Source of the DNA: Lama glama
Taxonomy: Eukaryota
Length of the DNA: 64,000 nt
Direction of reading: 5' to 3'
NCBI GenBank assembly: GCA_028534125.1
Contig: CM052816.1
Location: 95,172,001-95,236,000, forward strand
The stretch's first letter is position 1, and every line of letters starts with the position of its first letter. A program made the position numbers and the translations under genes. The notes beneath the pieces were generated by a model. It saw nothing but the letters and a program-made list of their open reading frames with translations, was not told the DNA's origin and searched no databases. This document shows, in pieces, positions 23,953 through 37,644 of this stretch.

Positions 23953-25971
23953 TCTGAAAAACAATCTACCTTCTATCACTCATTCATAGGGTGCTCCCCC
24001 CAAGAGTCAAGGCCGGGTCCACGCAGGACCAGCCGGAGGCAGGCAGAGCCCCGGATGCATCACTTTCTTTCCTATTTCTCTGCAAGCCCTCACCCCACCT
24101 GGCTTACCTGCCCTTCCAAGCCCAGCTCTGGTCCCTCCCTTTCCCGCCAAGAGGCCTTCCCGGTCACACAGGACCCCTGTGGTCGACTGGTCCTTGCAGG
24201 CCTCCTGTGCCACCTCTGGCCTATATCTTGGGCATGTGGGGTATATCTACTACTTCTAGCCCCACCCACACCACCCCCAGGCATTCCAGTCTTTCCCAGG
24301 GTCTCAGCCAGGCTGACTCCCACTTGCCCGCAGGGTAACGGGCTACTGAGCTCACTGTAGTTAGTTTTCCAGAATTCCTGGTCTTGCTTCCTCATCCCTC
24401 GCCAGCTTCCCAGCATTGCTTTCCAGAACGACTCCTTGCCCCTAGTCTGGTCTCAGAGTTTGCCTTCATGGGGCCCAGGCTAAGACAGTGCCCTCAGTAG
24501 GATGGAATGCCTGCCTCTGAGCCCTTTCTCTGCCTAATAACTTAAAACTATTCCAACATGGCGAATTCTCAGGTCACAGGAAATTCATGTTTTCTTTTAT
24601 AAACAGAAAGAAACCTCTGGAGTGATACCATATCCTTGGGGCTTTCCAGAAACACACAGTCAGGGCTTGCCTTGGACAGGGATGACCACACAGTCAGCAG
24701 TGGGGGTGCCTCTGCTCTGTTCATTACACAAGCCGCTTACACCTTCTTTTCTGTCTGCTTTGTTCCCCGAAATCACGGGGAGATTCAGGGTCTCTGTTTG
24801 CTCGTTTGCTTCCCAAATGTGGCAGCACGCACACCACACTTCAGGTTGGGAAGCCAGCTCTCTTGAGCCAGTGTGAAATCTCCCAACCTTCTCTGAGTTC
24901 TGCTTCCCTTCAGAGGAAATCTCATCCACACAGCTTCTCAGAGCCACTTTATTTTAAATAGACTTTGGGATGTTAATATTCCACTGAATTAACAAGCCTC
25001 TGCAGCTCTCCCGCTGCAACCCCGCACCCTTGTGACTTTTACCAGCAGAGTCGACATTATCCCTTGTGAAGCCAAAAACCAAAGAGCCAGTAAGTCAACC
25101 TTTCAGAACCTGGTTTTAGTTTTATTCAAAGCCTAAGCTCTGGTAATTCTAACATTGTTCTGTCCTGCCTGACAAGGTTAGAGAAGAGCTGATAAGCGCA
25201 TATAGATTATGAGCTATTGGAAAATCTATAGATTTTAGGAGGGCATCCAACTCAACAACTCATCGTCCCTAAAAGGAAATGGTTCTTGCTGACCATAATG
25301 AAATCGCAACTCGGAAATCCAACCCAGGTGCAGAAATACACTCAGGTACAGAAGAATACTGCACTTGAAAAAAAAAAAGAGAGGAGACGGTGATACACAT
25401 TTTACCCTAAGCATTAATATGTTATCATGCTGTGCCTTTTGATTTAGAATGACCACGGGATGACACTCTGTGACTTGCTCTCATAGTACCTTTCTCAAGT
25501 GGACGTAAAAGAAATTTCCAAAAGAAATGCCCAGATTTGGGGATCTTTACAGGCTTTAGTTTTTCTTAATATTGATATATTCAAATGGAAATAAGACTTC
25601 AAAACATTGTTTAATGTTTTTATTAAATTGTTTAAATATGTCAGGTGTCCTTATTGCTATGTACCACGCCCAGGGAAGACATTCACTCACATGTTGTTTT
25701 TTTCTTTTAAAACATATACACATCTACTGAGAAAGGAGAATGTAATGCACTTTCCTGGGAAAAAGTATAAGCTAAGGCAATAGTAGAAAATGAAAATATT
25801 CTACGAGCTGGACAAGGACAGCCTAAGTGGGCAGCTCAAAAGCCGCCTGAGAGAGGTGTCAGATTTCTGTTCTGAGAAGGAATACGGAACAAGCTGGAAG
25901 GAGGGCTGCGTGTAAGAGGGACGGGTTCTCTTTGCACTTCTTCCATTGTTTCCCGTCTACATTAGTTACAT

Positions 25972-26165
25972 CCGCGGTTTTCAGCAGGAGGCAACTTTCC
26001 CACCAGGGGACGCTCTACATCGTGTGGAGATATTTTGGTGGTCAAAACTGGGGGGTGCTACGTCACCTAGCGGGCAGAGTTCAGGGGTTCTGCTAAACAC
26101 CCTACGAGCCCCAGGAAGAATTATCTGCCCCCAGACGCCAGCAGTGCCAGGATTAAGAAACCTCA
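25972..26165 (+). mobile_element. MER20
   Basis: ggcaactttcccaccaggggac...tggagatattttggtggtcaaaactggggggtgcta...gaattatctgccccc...cagtgccaggattaagaaacc. Confidence 0.75.
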
Positions 26166-26284
26166 CCTTACATGTTTGCTATCCCCCTTGAGAAACATCT
26201 CATCACAGGATATTTTTCAAAGGGAAAAACATACCATAGGTTTTCGTTCACATAATAATCATTGAACACCGAAATCCCCCCGTA

Positions 26285-26540
26285 ACAATAATGAGAACAA
26301 CACTGACTGAGCGCTCCCTCCACACCAGGCACGCGTCCGAGGGCCGCACACCCGTGAACCCATTCAGCCCCCGGCCTGACCTCCTGCGCGAGCTACTGAC
26401 ATTCACCGCATTTCAGAGAAGAGGGGCGCAGCCCAAGCAGGAGGGGACTGGCCCGGGGTACAGAGAGGCTGAGTGGAGGAGCTGGAGTTTGAGACCAGGG
26501 GTCCTGATTTCCAAGTTGGTTGTATGTGTCCTTCTGCTCT
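26285..26540 (-). mobile_element. MIR
   Basis: aacactgactgagcgctccctccacaccaggcac...gcatttcagagaagagg...gagctggagtttgagaccagg. Confidence 0.5.
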
Positions 26541-27384
26541 GACCACGTGCAGCTCAGGGATGGCCGCCCAGGGTCTGCACTCGTGTGGGTACTTCTAGGT
26601 TTTGCTGGGGTTGTGCTCACAGAGGAGGACACAGAGGAGGGAGGGCATAGAAAACCTAATGCCAAATTTGTTACCCAAATAACTGAGTGGGGAGAAAACC
26701 CGTTAGCACTGGACGCTGCCCCTAAGCAGTGAGACCACCTCTTGTGAGATCTGAAAGGTGGTTCTGTGATCCTGTAAAGGCCTGAAACCCCCACCAGACC
26801 AGGGAAAAGAATGACAGCAAACCCTGCGCGCTTCCAGAGTGACTGGAAGGCCACTGGCCTAGAAACAGAAGGGTTTGTAATTCAGGTTCTCGGGGGAAAA
26901 CGCCTGGATTGACATCGTAAGTTTTGGTTGTAAAAGTAAATTGCTAAAGATCTACACTCAATTATAATGAGATCCAGAAGCAGCAAAAGCAGGGGAAGCG
27001 CCTCTCAGACATAAAAGCGGCAGAATCCCCTAGTCGGGAGGCACCGCCCCTCACTGATGCTGCTGATCCAGGACCCGCGGGGCCTCAACTCCCCGGAAAC
27101 TGGCACCCGCTTTAAAGAAAATGACACCATCACTGAGTCAACAGCACAATCAATAGGACTAATTTTAATGAAGATCTTTTTTTATTCCCAAGAAGGTTTT
27201 CCTCTTTGAAGCCTCCATCTTCGCTTACTGAATTTGTTTTTCTTACAGCATCCCCTGACGCCCTCCAGTTAAAGCAGGAGAGAAAAACAACCCAACGCAG
27301 GCTGTGAATCCTATATCCTGATCTAATCAAAAGTGAAAGGACAGATGGCCTCAGACTAGGGGACACGACTCACTGGCGGGTGTC

Positions 27385-27685
27385 AAAACCCCGTCATGAA
27401 CAAAGAGTAAAGACTGAGAAACTTTCGGGGACCGGAAAAGACTGGGGACATGGGACAACTAAATGTGGGAGCCAGGCTGTGATGCTGGAACAGAAAGGGG
27501 GCACTAATGGAAGAACTGATGAAATCTGAATAAAGCCTGGGGTTTACTGACTAGTCGTGTGTAGCTTCGGCCTCTGGGTAAGATGTTAACACAGGGCACT
27601 GAGTGAGGGCTGAGTGCGTGCTCTCTCTACGGTTCTGGCACTTTTCCATACACCTGAAGTTATTCCAAAATAGATTTTGTTTTAA
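27385..27685 (+). mobile_element. L1MC-like 3' UTR remnant
   Basis: aaagactgagaaact..gacaactaaatgtgg..ctggaacagaaagggggcactaatggaagaactgatgaaatctgaataaag. Confidence 0.65.
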
Positions 27686-29002
27686 ATAGAAGATTCTATT
27701 TTTAATAAAATAAATTTTATTTAAAAAAAAGCAGCAGCAGCAAGTTGCCTAAACAGAACTGCTGGTCTAGACTGATGCCTGGAAGAATTTTAATTCTGTC
27801 CTCAAGATACTGAGATGGGGGAATGCCACCCCTCTGGGAGCACATAGAATGCCTACACCCAGCGCCAAGAACAAAACCAAAATAAATTAAGGTAATGAAA
27901 TTAAATACTGTGACATCAGCATCTCCCACTGAGTGAGACTGAGGGGTTAGATGCTCCCGCAGCGCCCAGCCCTTCACGTACGCTTCCGCGTTTAATTCTC
28001 AGAATAACTCAAGAAGGTTGTGCTGGAAAGATGATCACTGATTCCACTTCAGAGTGAAAGAGAAAAACTAGAGAACAGTCGCGGGCAATTCAGCTTCATA
28101 ATTCATTCACTCTGTCAAGCCCCAGAGAGTTTACAAAGTGGTGTCGTGGTTCATCCTCAGGGCGGTGGGAAGAAGTCACTGCCCCCATTTCACAGATGAG
28201 GACAGGGAGGCTCAGAGAAGGAAGGGCTTCCTCCAAGATAAGGAGGCCGCAAAGGGCAAAGGGGGGCTGCAGCCCCAGAATGTTCCACTCGGTGACGCAG
28301 CGCAGAAGGAAACGGCCACGCATTGAGACTGAGACCCCTATTCCACGAGTCCCCCTGCCATCCCGGCTTATGATTAATTTCTCTACCCAAAACTGTAATC
28401 CCTTTGTTGTTCCCCAACCCCTGTTCCCCTCAGGATTGATGGGTATCAAAGAAAAAGGGGGACTGAAACCTAGCAGGACCCTCCCAGGTACAAAAGCCCC
28501 TCCGTGTCCCCTGTTTCTTTTTTGTAGAAAAAAGGCTTTATTCAGTGTCCTAGACCTTCTCAAAGCTTCAAAGAGCAGCCTGGAGAGTTAATGGCTAGCA
28601 CGAGTCACAGGACTCCTGGTCCCTCCGGAAGGGGCAGGCGTAACACTCTGACGCACATCTTTGACTTGTTCTACTTTGCCCACCTTCAACAGGACCGTCT
28701 TCCACTCAGAGCCAAGACCAGACCGCACAGTTCTGAAGAAGAACAAATACGGGCAGGAGGATGAGGAAGAAGCCCACAGGGGACAAGGAGGGCTGTCCTG
28801 TGGGGTGACCAGTGCTGCGACCTCCCACCCACCCTGGAAACAGGTGCTTTCGCTTTTGTTTGTTTCAGCGCGAATGATGACAGCCATACACTAGGCTGGT
28901 TCTAGGGGGTGATGCCTCCCTTCGACACACATTCATTCCTTAAAGGAGCAAACCCGGCACTTCCCGGGACCGCAGGGCCATGCGGGACAGGTGGGGGCAT
29001 AC

Positions 29003-29143
29003 CTGCTAGCATCAGGGCTCGGATGCACTCCGTTCGGCCCTGCATGGCGGCTTTCATCAGGGCCGTGAACCCAAAATCATTCCTCCTTTCAAGGTCAAGG
29101 CCGGGGAAATAGTTCAACAAGTAGTTGGTGATGGTGACGTGTC
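29003..29143 (-). CDS. ANKRD33B: ANKRD33B internal coding exon (exon 3), 141 nt
   Basis: Acceptor ttctcttcgcAG at 29145-29144 and donor CAG|GTATG at 29002. Translates (G)[46 protein letters not shown](G), an ankyrin repeat. Phase 1 at both ends. Confidence 0.94.
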
Positions 29144-29691
29144 CTGCGAAGAGAATTGCACACGTGCATTAACCACACTCCACAAACAGCGCGCCTTCCA
29201 GAGAGGCCTTCCTGCTGAGAGAGAGAGAAATGTTGCATGGCCAAACTCCGGGGCCAACCTGTCTGGGGGCGGGGCGGATGTGTTTGCTTCTCAGGCTGCA
29301 AGAAGTAATTCTCACGAGTGCAGGAAACACAGGCCCACCCCGGCCATGGTGTGGCTGCCTCCGGTTCTTTCTTGTTCCCTCTGCCAACCCACTTGGAAAC
29401 CCAGCTGTCCTGTCAACCTGTTACAGAGGGAACGTGGTGGGCAAGGATGCTACAGGGATGGCATGTGATAATGCAGAGCTAGCCCCATGCAGACACTGCC
29501 TGGTCAGGGGGGTGGTCCTGGATGCTGTCAGCTCCCTGGAGATGCCAATGCAAGCAGGTGCAAAACGGGAAATGAAACCCGGAGCCATTCCCCGGAACTC
29601 CGGGGCTTCAGAGATTCAGGGAGGAGAAAAGACATCATCTCATCATAATAGCAACACGGTATGCCAGTGCATGCTGCCACCCTGCTACTTA

Positions 29692-29692
29692 C

Positions 29693-29724
<32 letters not shown>

Positions 29725-29738
29725 TACACACACACACA
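29692..29738. repeat. (CT)n(CA)n dinucleotide microsatellite
   Basis: Directly visible. Confidence 0.9.
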
Positions 29739-30139
29739 GAGGCAGGGAACACAGGCAGCATGACTACCCAGACCCTCAGCCATAAACCCAAGCAGTTAAG
29801 AACAGTCATTTGAGAATACGGATTCCTCCCCTTCATCACCTTGCACTTCCAAAAGGGCCTGACTTTCTGCTCATCCCCAGAGGCTTTTCAAAAAGCCCAA
29901 GTGCTCTTAGACAGCAGTGACTAAGGAGAACACATGTGAGAGCAGTGTTCCCAGATTCTCCAGCCTCGCCCATGCAAAACCGAAATGGAGCAGAGAGCTC
30001 CTCCCACAGAAGGCCCTGGGCCACGGGAAGAGGCTCCTGGGTCAATTATCCACGCTGCCTGAGGCCCACTGGCCACACTGCTCAAGTCCTCATGTGAAAT
30101 GACACGCCACCCTCCCCTTAGACCCTTCAGTCCCTCAGA

Positions 30140-30362
30140 GGAGGGTTCTGCCCCCAGCATTGCTGACACCCAGAGCTTCACTGTTCCTTGTCGTAGGGCT
30201 GTCCTGGGCACCGCAGGACAGACAGCAGCACCTCTGGGCGCCATCCACCAGATGCCGGCAGCTACTGTGCCCTCCCTCCCTCCTGGGTCTGACAACCAAA
30301 AACACCTCCAGACATTGCTGAGTGTCCCCTGTGGGCGTGGAATCACTGCTGTTGAAACCATG
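30140..30362 (-). mobile_element. MER20
   Basis: cagcattgctgacac...gggctgtcctgggcaccgcagg...cagatgccggcagc...tgacaaccaaaaacacctccagacattgc...gttgaaacca. Confidence 0.7.
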
Positions 30363-31903
30363 GAGCTGGAGGCTCAGATCTCACTGTTTCGGGACCAGGA
30401 GGGGAGAGGGAGCTCCCCTGCTTCCCTGTACCCTGGCCCCTGCACCCTCCAGCCTGCCTCCTGGCTGCCTTCTCCATCCTGACCCCTCTCGTGGTGGCTA
30501 ACACACCCTTTAGGGTCTTAGCAACCTGCAGAAGTTCTCTCCTGAGCCCGGCTGGAGGGCCTGGCTGCCCAGTCTCCATCCTCATATGCTGAGGATACAG
30601 CTCCAAACTCCGCCCCCCAACCCCTACCCTGTGCACGTGCCTTGGAAACACCCACAGTCGGGGGTGCTGGTGCGGAGCTGGTGGACAGTTCACTGCACTC
30701 CCTGCACCCCGCAGGGAGGCCTCTGCCCCACAGGGAAGCCAGGGTCCCTGAGGCTCCTTTCCCGGCTGGTCTCGGGAAGGGTGCTGGGTGCGATGTGAGA
30801 TGTGGCAGAGGAGGTGAGGCCTCCTCCAGAGGGCGGGGAGCCCCGAGACACGAGGGGCCTCCCAAGGCTCGGCCACCTTGCTCTGCAGACTGGGAGGCCG
30901 AGTGAGCCGAGGCCCTCAGCACAGCATCCAGCGTCTCGGAGAATCCCCTCCCTGCTGCAGCGATGCCTCCTGGGCCTTCGATCCCCTTCCTGCCGGTGCC
31001 ATGCATGCCCCACCTTAAGTCCTCCCAGGGTGAGGGCTGTCCTCTCATCACACTCTGGCGAGACGACCATCAGGCAGGGACCCAAATTCCCTCCTTGCAT
31101 GGCACCCAGACACCACCCAGCAAAACTGCATCTTTCTCATCAACTTCCAAGTTACAAATAAGTGATAAAAATTAGCATGTGGACTCTTCCAGAAGCAGTG
31201 TCATCTGCTCATCACAGACCTCAGCCCATCTCCTAAACTCACCGCAAAAATTCAAAGCTACACAAACATGTAGCTTTCTCACTTTCTGAGAGAAGCACTG
31301 ACTCATGTGATTGTGTTGCGGGGTTAACAAGCCAGACACAAATGGGTGTGACCCTCTGGCCCCATGACCCACAGGTTCGAGCAGCAGCTGATACATTTTG
31401 ACTCATTCACATCACTTTGCCTTCTGCTGTCATCTACAGCCCCCCCCTCCCCCCCGTAGCCGGATGCTAGCTGTGGGGCCCCAGAGCCTCTTATCTGCTC
31501 TAATCCGTGTGTGTGTTGTGGGCGGGGTGGGGGTGGGGCTTTCATTTTGGGCTCATCATCCAGCTAAACACTTTGTGGCATCTGTCACTTAGATCAAGCC
31601 AGGGTCATGGTGCAACGCATCGCAATTCTTTTAGAGCCGTTTCTTTACAATCATGAAGGAGCGTGTCCTTCGCAATTTTCAGCAGGATTTCCTCTGCACT
31701 GACATGTCCTAAACACTGCGAAGAGGTGGGAGACGAAAGTTGACAATCCACAAAGCTAACAGCCCATTATATAGATCAGTCCCGCATCTTACGTTGAGGT
31801 CAGAAAAACCAGCATGCAGCCCACCCATCCTGACTACTCTGACAGCCGGCTTGAGCTGTCAGTGACCCACGGAAGCACCCTCGGCACCACTGTCTTTCCC
31901 AGG

Positions 31904-32403
31904 NNNNNNNNNNNNNNNNNNNNNNNNNNNNNNNNNNNNNNNNNNNNNNNNNNNNNNNNNNNNNNNNNNNNNNNNNNNNNNNNNNNNNNNNNNNNNNNNN
32001 NNNNNNNNNNNNNNNNNNNNNNNNNNNNNNNNNNNNNNNNNNNNNNNNNNNNNNNNNNNNNNNNNNNNNNNNNNNNNNNNNNNNNNNNNNNNNNNNNNNN
32101 NNNNNNNNNNNNNNNNNNNNNNNNNNNNNNNNNNNNNNNNNNNNNNNNNNNNNNNNNNNNNNNNNNNNNNNNNNNNNNNNNNNNNNNNNNNNNNNNNNNN
32201 NNNNNNNNNNNNNNNNNNNNNNNNNNNNNNNNNNNNNNNNNNNNNNNNNNNNNNNNNNNNNNNNNNNNNNNNNNNNNNNNNNNNNNNNNNNNNNNNNNNN
32301 NNNNNNNNNNNNNNNNNNNNNNNNNNNNNNNNNNNNNNNNNNNNNNNNNNNNNNNNNNNNNNNNNNNNNNNNNNNNNNNNNNNNNNNNNNNNNNNNNNNN
32401 NNN
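31904..32403. other. Assembly gap (exactly 500 N)
   Basis: Run of N. Confidence 1.
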
Positions 32404-33119
32404 CAATTTTCAGCAGGATTTCCTCTGCACTGACATGTCCTAAACACTGCGAAGAGGTGGGAGACGAAAGTTGACAATCCACAAAGCTAACAGCCCATTA
32501 TACAGATTAGTCCCGCATCTTACGTTGAGGTCAGAAAAACCAGCATGCAGCCCACCCATCCTGACTACTCTGACCGCCGGCTTGAGCTGTCAGTGACCCA
32601 CGGAAGCACCCTCGGCACCACTGTCTTTCCCAGGATGACAGAATAATACCGCTTATTCTGCAGACGACCTTGTTCAACAGAAATGAAGAGTGGACCCAAC
32701 GCTGCTAAGAATGAATAGGTATTAACCTTTCTTCTTAAAAACCGTGACAATTAACCAAAATGAGCCTTCCTTTTCTTTAGTGAGACAGCTAGCTAGCTGG
32801 ATGACAGATCCTAGAGAGAACATAGCCTTCCTCGTGTAACAGAACCCAAACGTGCCGCATTCTGAAATCTAGCTTGACTCTAGTCCAATTTTGACCTTAT
32901 GGAATAGGATTTGGCTCCTGAAGTCCTCAGAGTGGACTTAAAGAGTGGGCTGACCATACTGAGCCCCCAAACACCCACCCCAACCCCATGAGCCGTAACC
33001 TGCCTAAGAGAAGGGCACAAGTGACCCAGGGAATCAGTTAACTCTTGATGAACTAGCTTCCGTGTGGTAATTCCATGGCAGTGTAAATGGAGAACTCAGT
33101 ACTTCAGAGAGTTGGCCCT

Positions 33120-33290
33120 AAGAACTCCCAAGTTCAAGTTCCCAACCCACCACTTAAAATCTGGATGACCCTAGGAAGGTAAGTCAACTGCACTGAGTCT
33201 CTACTGACTCATCTGGAAAATGGGGGATAATATCAACCTCACCACTGTGGAAATGACAGGAGATAGGGGTTGTATAAAAAGTGCCTGATG
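33120..33290 (+). mobile_element. MIR
   Basis: agttcaagttcccaacccaccactt...tgaccctaggaagg...ctgagtctc...ctcatctggaaaatgggggataat. Confidence 0.65.
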
Positions 33291-33294
33291 GACA

Positions 33295-34440
33295 AATCTC
33301 CCGGCAGAAAAATTTCAAGGAATTTAGGTGTGTGCTCTACTCCCAAGGAGATGAAACATAGCAACTCGCTCCTTAACTCCGGGCTGTGCACAGAGACCCC
33401 CCCCCTCCAAAGAGCGGACCGGAGGAAGGAGGGAGACGGGAGTCATCTTACAGCAGAGAAGCCTGGCCAGCACGACCTCAGCCCGGTGGTCCAGGCCCAC
33501 AGGGATAAGGCAGGCCCACAGCATGTGCTGGTAATGATTCTCTGCTCGATCAAACTTTAGCTGGGCTCCTGAATTCCTCCCAGGCCCATCTATGCACTTC
33601 CTGGTAAAATCTCATTTTAGCAAGAACCCAGCTCATAAGTCAGTTTAACCAGAACACTCCACCCGTGGTATCTGATCAGTTCCTCACCCTCCACCATCCC
33701 CCAGGTGATATCTGATCACCCTGGCCTGTCTTCAGCAAGAATCCTGTTAGGTTGCTTCGGCCAGAATCTCCCTGATGTTTCCTCTTAGTAATTTTCCATC
33801 CACAGACCCCTACCCTGCCCGTTGGCTATAAATCCCCACTGGCCCTTGCTGTATTCAGAGTTGAGCCCAGTCTCTCTCATCCACTGCCAAGTCCCATTGC
33901 GATGGTCCTTATACCGATGGAAACGATTCTGAATCAAGTCTGCCTTACCATCTGTAACAGGTGTCATTGGATATTCTTTTTATTTTAACAAAATCCTTCA
34001 TATGATGTCAGAAGAGTGGTCCTTTCCTCTGTGGTCCTCCTTTGAAAAACCTGTAACTCCAGTCTAATTATCAAAAAAATGAGACACACACAAATTGAGG
34101 TAGACACTCCACAGACTACCTGACAAGTTTTCCCCAAAAGTCTGAGAAACTGTCACAGCCAAGAGGAGCTAAGGGGACATGACAACTCAACATCACGTGG
34201 GATCCTAGCTGGGATGGTGGAACAGAAGAGAGACATTGGGAAAAAACCGAGGAGGCCCAAATCAAAAACGGACCTGAGTTAATATTAAAAATGCATCAGT
34301 GTGGGTTGGTTTGTTTTGTCAAATGTATCCTCCCAATATAAGACCCTAACCACAGGGGAAGCCCGGCGTGGGGAACACAGGGATTCTGTGCACATCTTTG
34401 CAGTTTGTAAGTCTGAACTGTTCCAAAACTGAAAGCGTAT
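33295..34440 (+). mobile_element. L1MC-like 3' region split by the MER31-like LTR
   Basis: 33295-33530 and 33991-34440 carry L1MC motifs (aacatagcaactcgctccttaa, ctgagaaactgtcacagccaagaggagctaaggggacatgacaact, ggaacagaagagagacattgg). Confidence 0.7.
33531..33990 (+). mobile_element. ERV1 solo LTR (MER31-like)
   Basis: gattctctgctcgatcaaactttag...cagcaagaatcctgttagg...ttagtaattttccatccac...ggctataaatcccc (TATA at 33827)...tttaaca. Confidence 0.75.
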
Positions 34441-35707
34441 TTCACGAAAGGAGGCTCAGGGTCACTCGACAAGAGTGAAGCAGAGGGACAATAATTCTCA
34501 GCTGGCTGCCGGGGGTGGAGCCTCTCCACGCCATCCACAAACCTCACCAGTGGTGCAGGAAGCTCACCAGGAGGCTGTGGTGGGCACAGACGATGGCGGC
34601 TGGACGCCAGGGTGGACCCTGGGAAGGCCAGGTGGATGGAGAGGAGATGCTGACACAAAGCACTCATAAACAGACAGGCCTCGGTGACTGCCTGACTGAG
34701 CCAAGTAACAGACAGAGAAAACGATGACTCCTGGTACCACCACAGCCCCAGGGTTCTGGCTTCGCTTTGGATGGTCAGTGGCATTTTCTCTAAGAGCCGA
34801 TGCGGGCAGAAACCCATGCTAGCCACGCTTGACTACCTATCCATCTACCTATGTTACCAAAGCCAAGGAAAGCACCCTTTGGTTAATTGTCATGGTTTTC
34901 AAGAAAAAAGGTTAATGTCTATGCATTCTTAGAAGCCTCAGGTCCACCCTTGATTTCCACTGAGTCACTCTCCTCCAAACCCCACGTGGGAAATTTCAAA
35001 CTTTCCCACCCTTAAGTCACCCAGCTCACAGCAAATCCCTCTCCCAGGAGATGACGCAACTCCCTCTTCACAGACAGAACTGAAACCGCAAGAAGGGAAC
35101 CCCCTCAACTTTCCCCCATCACCCCCCACAGTCACCCACACCCACGCTAGTGAAAAGGAAGGTGACTCCTCTCCTATTTAAAGACGCTCATCCCTGCTCA
35201 CCCTCCGGGGCTTTAAAGCCATTCCCCGTGACTTCTGAGGAATGTATTTGTGCTACAAACTACTTCCTCTTTCTTTTCAACCTCTCCCCCGAGTTCACTC
35301 CCATCACATTATATTCGTGGTCTAAATTCTTCACCTTGCCCTTTGCCATGTGACCTCAAAGTCCTGCAAGAAGAACGCTGGCCAATGGGACGTCTGCAGG
35401 CAGAAGGTTGACACACACTCACTCGGCGGGACTCCTTCCGACACTGGTGCCTCAGCTATCTGCCTAAGAACGTGCCCGGGCTGGCACGCTGGTCCCAAGA
35501 AGAGGGTGAGGACACACAGAGCAGAGCTGCCACGGCTGGAGGGCCCCGCTCACCCCAGACACGTGAGCGGAGGCCATCTCGGTCAGCTGGTCCCCAGCCC
35601 AGCCACAGATACATCAACTAGAAACATTTTAAACTAGAGTTTGGGAGCTACTGTGCAGCAAGAGGCTGGTAGCTGTGCTCAAGGGCCACCCATCTTAAAA
35701 TAAACAT

Positions 35708-36075
35708 GACTGTCAGTCCACTTGGGCTGCTGTAAACTACTGCCACTGACTGGGTGGCTTGAACAACAAACATTTATTTCTCACAGTTCTGGAGGTTGGG
35801 GAGTTCAAGGTCAAGGTGTCAGCAGATTCAGTGTCTGGTGAGCATCTACTTCCTGGTTCATAGACGGCTGTCTTCTCACTGCGTCCTCACAAGGTGGAGG
35901 GTGATGGAACCCTCTGGAGGCTCTTTTACAAGAGCACTAATTCTATTCATGAGGGCTCCACCCTCGTGACCTATTTACCTCCCCAAAGCCCCACCTCCTC
36001 ATATCATCACTTGGGGTTTGGGAGTCAACATCTGATTCGAAGGGGTGGGGGAACGTAAACATTCAGTCCATTGCA
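35708..36075 (-). mobile_element. MaLR solo LTR (MLT1A-like)
   Basis: gggctgctgtaa..ctgggtggcttgaacaacaaacatttatttctcacagttctggagg...gagggctccaccctcgtgacct...aaacattcagtccattgca. Confidence 0.85.
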
Positions 36076-36129
36076 TGACCAACAAGAATCCCCGTGGACC
36101 TGTCTTTGCGTTCCAGCCACCGGCCATCA

Positions 36130-37080
36130 ATCAATTGACTCCTTTTCAGTCTAACTTCCAGACTCATCCACTCTCACTCTTGCTACTTACACCCCCGCCC
36201 CACACACAGTCTCCTGAAACCGTCTTCCATCTGACCCAGTGACTGCCTCGTGGCAAAATTCAATGGCTACTAGTCAGCTCTCATCTTACTAGACATCTCC
36301 ATAGCATTTCCCACTTGTCTGTCCCACCCTTTTGGAAATACTCTCTGCAGATATCTGGCTAGTCCGTCCTTCTGAGTTTCTTCCGATCTCTCTGGCCACT
36401 CTTCAGTTTTCTTTGTGAGTTCCCCTGTTCTCTCCTTCCAGAAATGCCACTGTTCCTCAGATGTGTGACTACGCCATCTCATCCCATCCACTCTCCCATG
36501 GTGACCCCATCTACTCTCACAGATCTGGGAATCGCCCTAAAATTTCCAGATCACTTATCTCCAGCTCAGTCTCTCTTCCTTTCTTACCTAAGTATCAGTC
36601 TACTGGCTATTTCATCTTGGGCAACCCACCGTCAACTCAAACTCAACACATCAAATTCAAAGCATGGTTCTTCCAAACCCATTCCTCCTGCCCACATTCT
36701 TTATTCAGTGATGAACACCCACCAGTCACCAGGGTACCCAAGCCAGAAATCTGGGCTTTCTCTTTAGCCTTCCCTCATCTCCTCCCCATCCAAGTATCAG
36801 TGAATTCTGCCAAGACCACTTGGTAAATATTTTCCATACCTGTCCATGTTTCTTCATCCCCACTTCCACCCCAGAGCTGGGCCACCACATCCTTACTGGG
36901 GTCCACCCCTCTCCTAAATGTCCTCCCTGGTCCCACTTCTGCCCTTCCATTCATTCTTCAAGCTATCAGCAAGAAACTCTTCTGACCAACACAGCTACTA
37001 CCTAAAATCCTTCATGGTTACTACATTTTATGTAAGTCTCAACTCTTTACCAGCTATCTCCTTTTTATCTGGCCTTGCTC
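36130..37080 (+). mobile_element. L2 remnant (RT-derived region); probable further pieces at ~35030-35350 and ~37650-37870
   Basis: ctcatcttactagacatctccatagcattt (decayed LDLSAAF motif), ctcaaactcaacacatcaaa, taaaatccttcatgg. Confidence 0.7.
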
Positions 37081-37082
37081 TT

Positions 37083-37644
37083 TGAAGGGTAGCAGAATAT
37101 GCCACTCCAAAACATGCCACTTTGACATAAAAATTATTTTGAGCTGAAGGCAACTGAAAAAAGCAGATGCAAGAAAAGCTCCCTCCCCATTTGCTTAAAA
37201 GCAAGACAAACATCCTTTTTCTTTTTATTCTACCCCAGTTTTATTGAGGTATAATTAACACAGAGCATTGTGTAAGATTAAGGTGTACAACATAATGATT
37301 TGAGTTACGTGTATTTTGAAATAGTACCACAGTAAGTTTAAACATCCATCATCTCATATAGCTACCCAAAGAAATAATGGTTGTTGTTCTTTGTGATGAA
37401 AACTCTTCAAACTGCTTTTGTTTACCCTGTCATTTCTCCACAAATTCATTGTTCTTTATGGAAGATGACATTTAAGCCAGAGTTCTAAGCCACCTCCTTG
37501 AGTTACTTGTTTTTCCCAGATGTCCCCCATGTTTACATGAGGTACAGGTGTTTATAAACGTCTGGTTTTCTCGTTAGTCTGTTACTACAGGGGTCTCAGT
37601 TGGGAACCAGAAGGGTAGAAGGAAGGTTATTTTTCCTCCCCAAC
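37083..37644 (+). mobile_element. ERV1 solo LTR (MER34-like) interrupted by an antisense L1 3' fragment (~37216-37408)
   Basis: tgaagggtagcagaatatgccactccaaaacatgccactttgacataaaaattattttgagctgaaggca ... ttatttttcctccccaaca. Confidence 0.75.

Noticed and set aside
28693..28843. Possible plus-strand (antisense) exon with acceptor ccttcaacAG and donor CAG|GTGCTT near exon 3
   Set aside because: The donor is weak, no partner exons were identified, and such sites arise often by chance. It would need stranded RNA-seq support.
31800..32482. ORFs of 190-225 aa spanning the first gap (and similar ones at 49848-50415)
   Set aside because: Artefacts of translating N runs.
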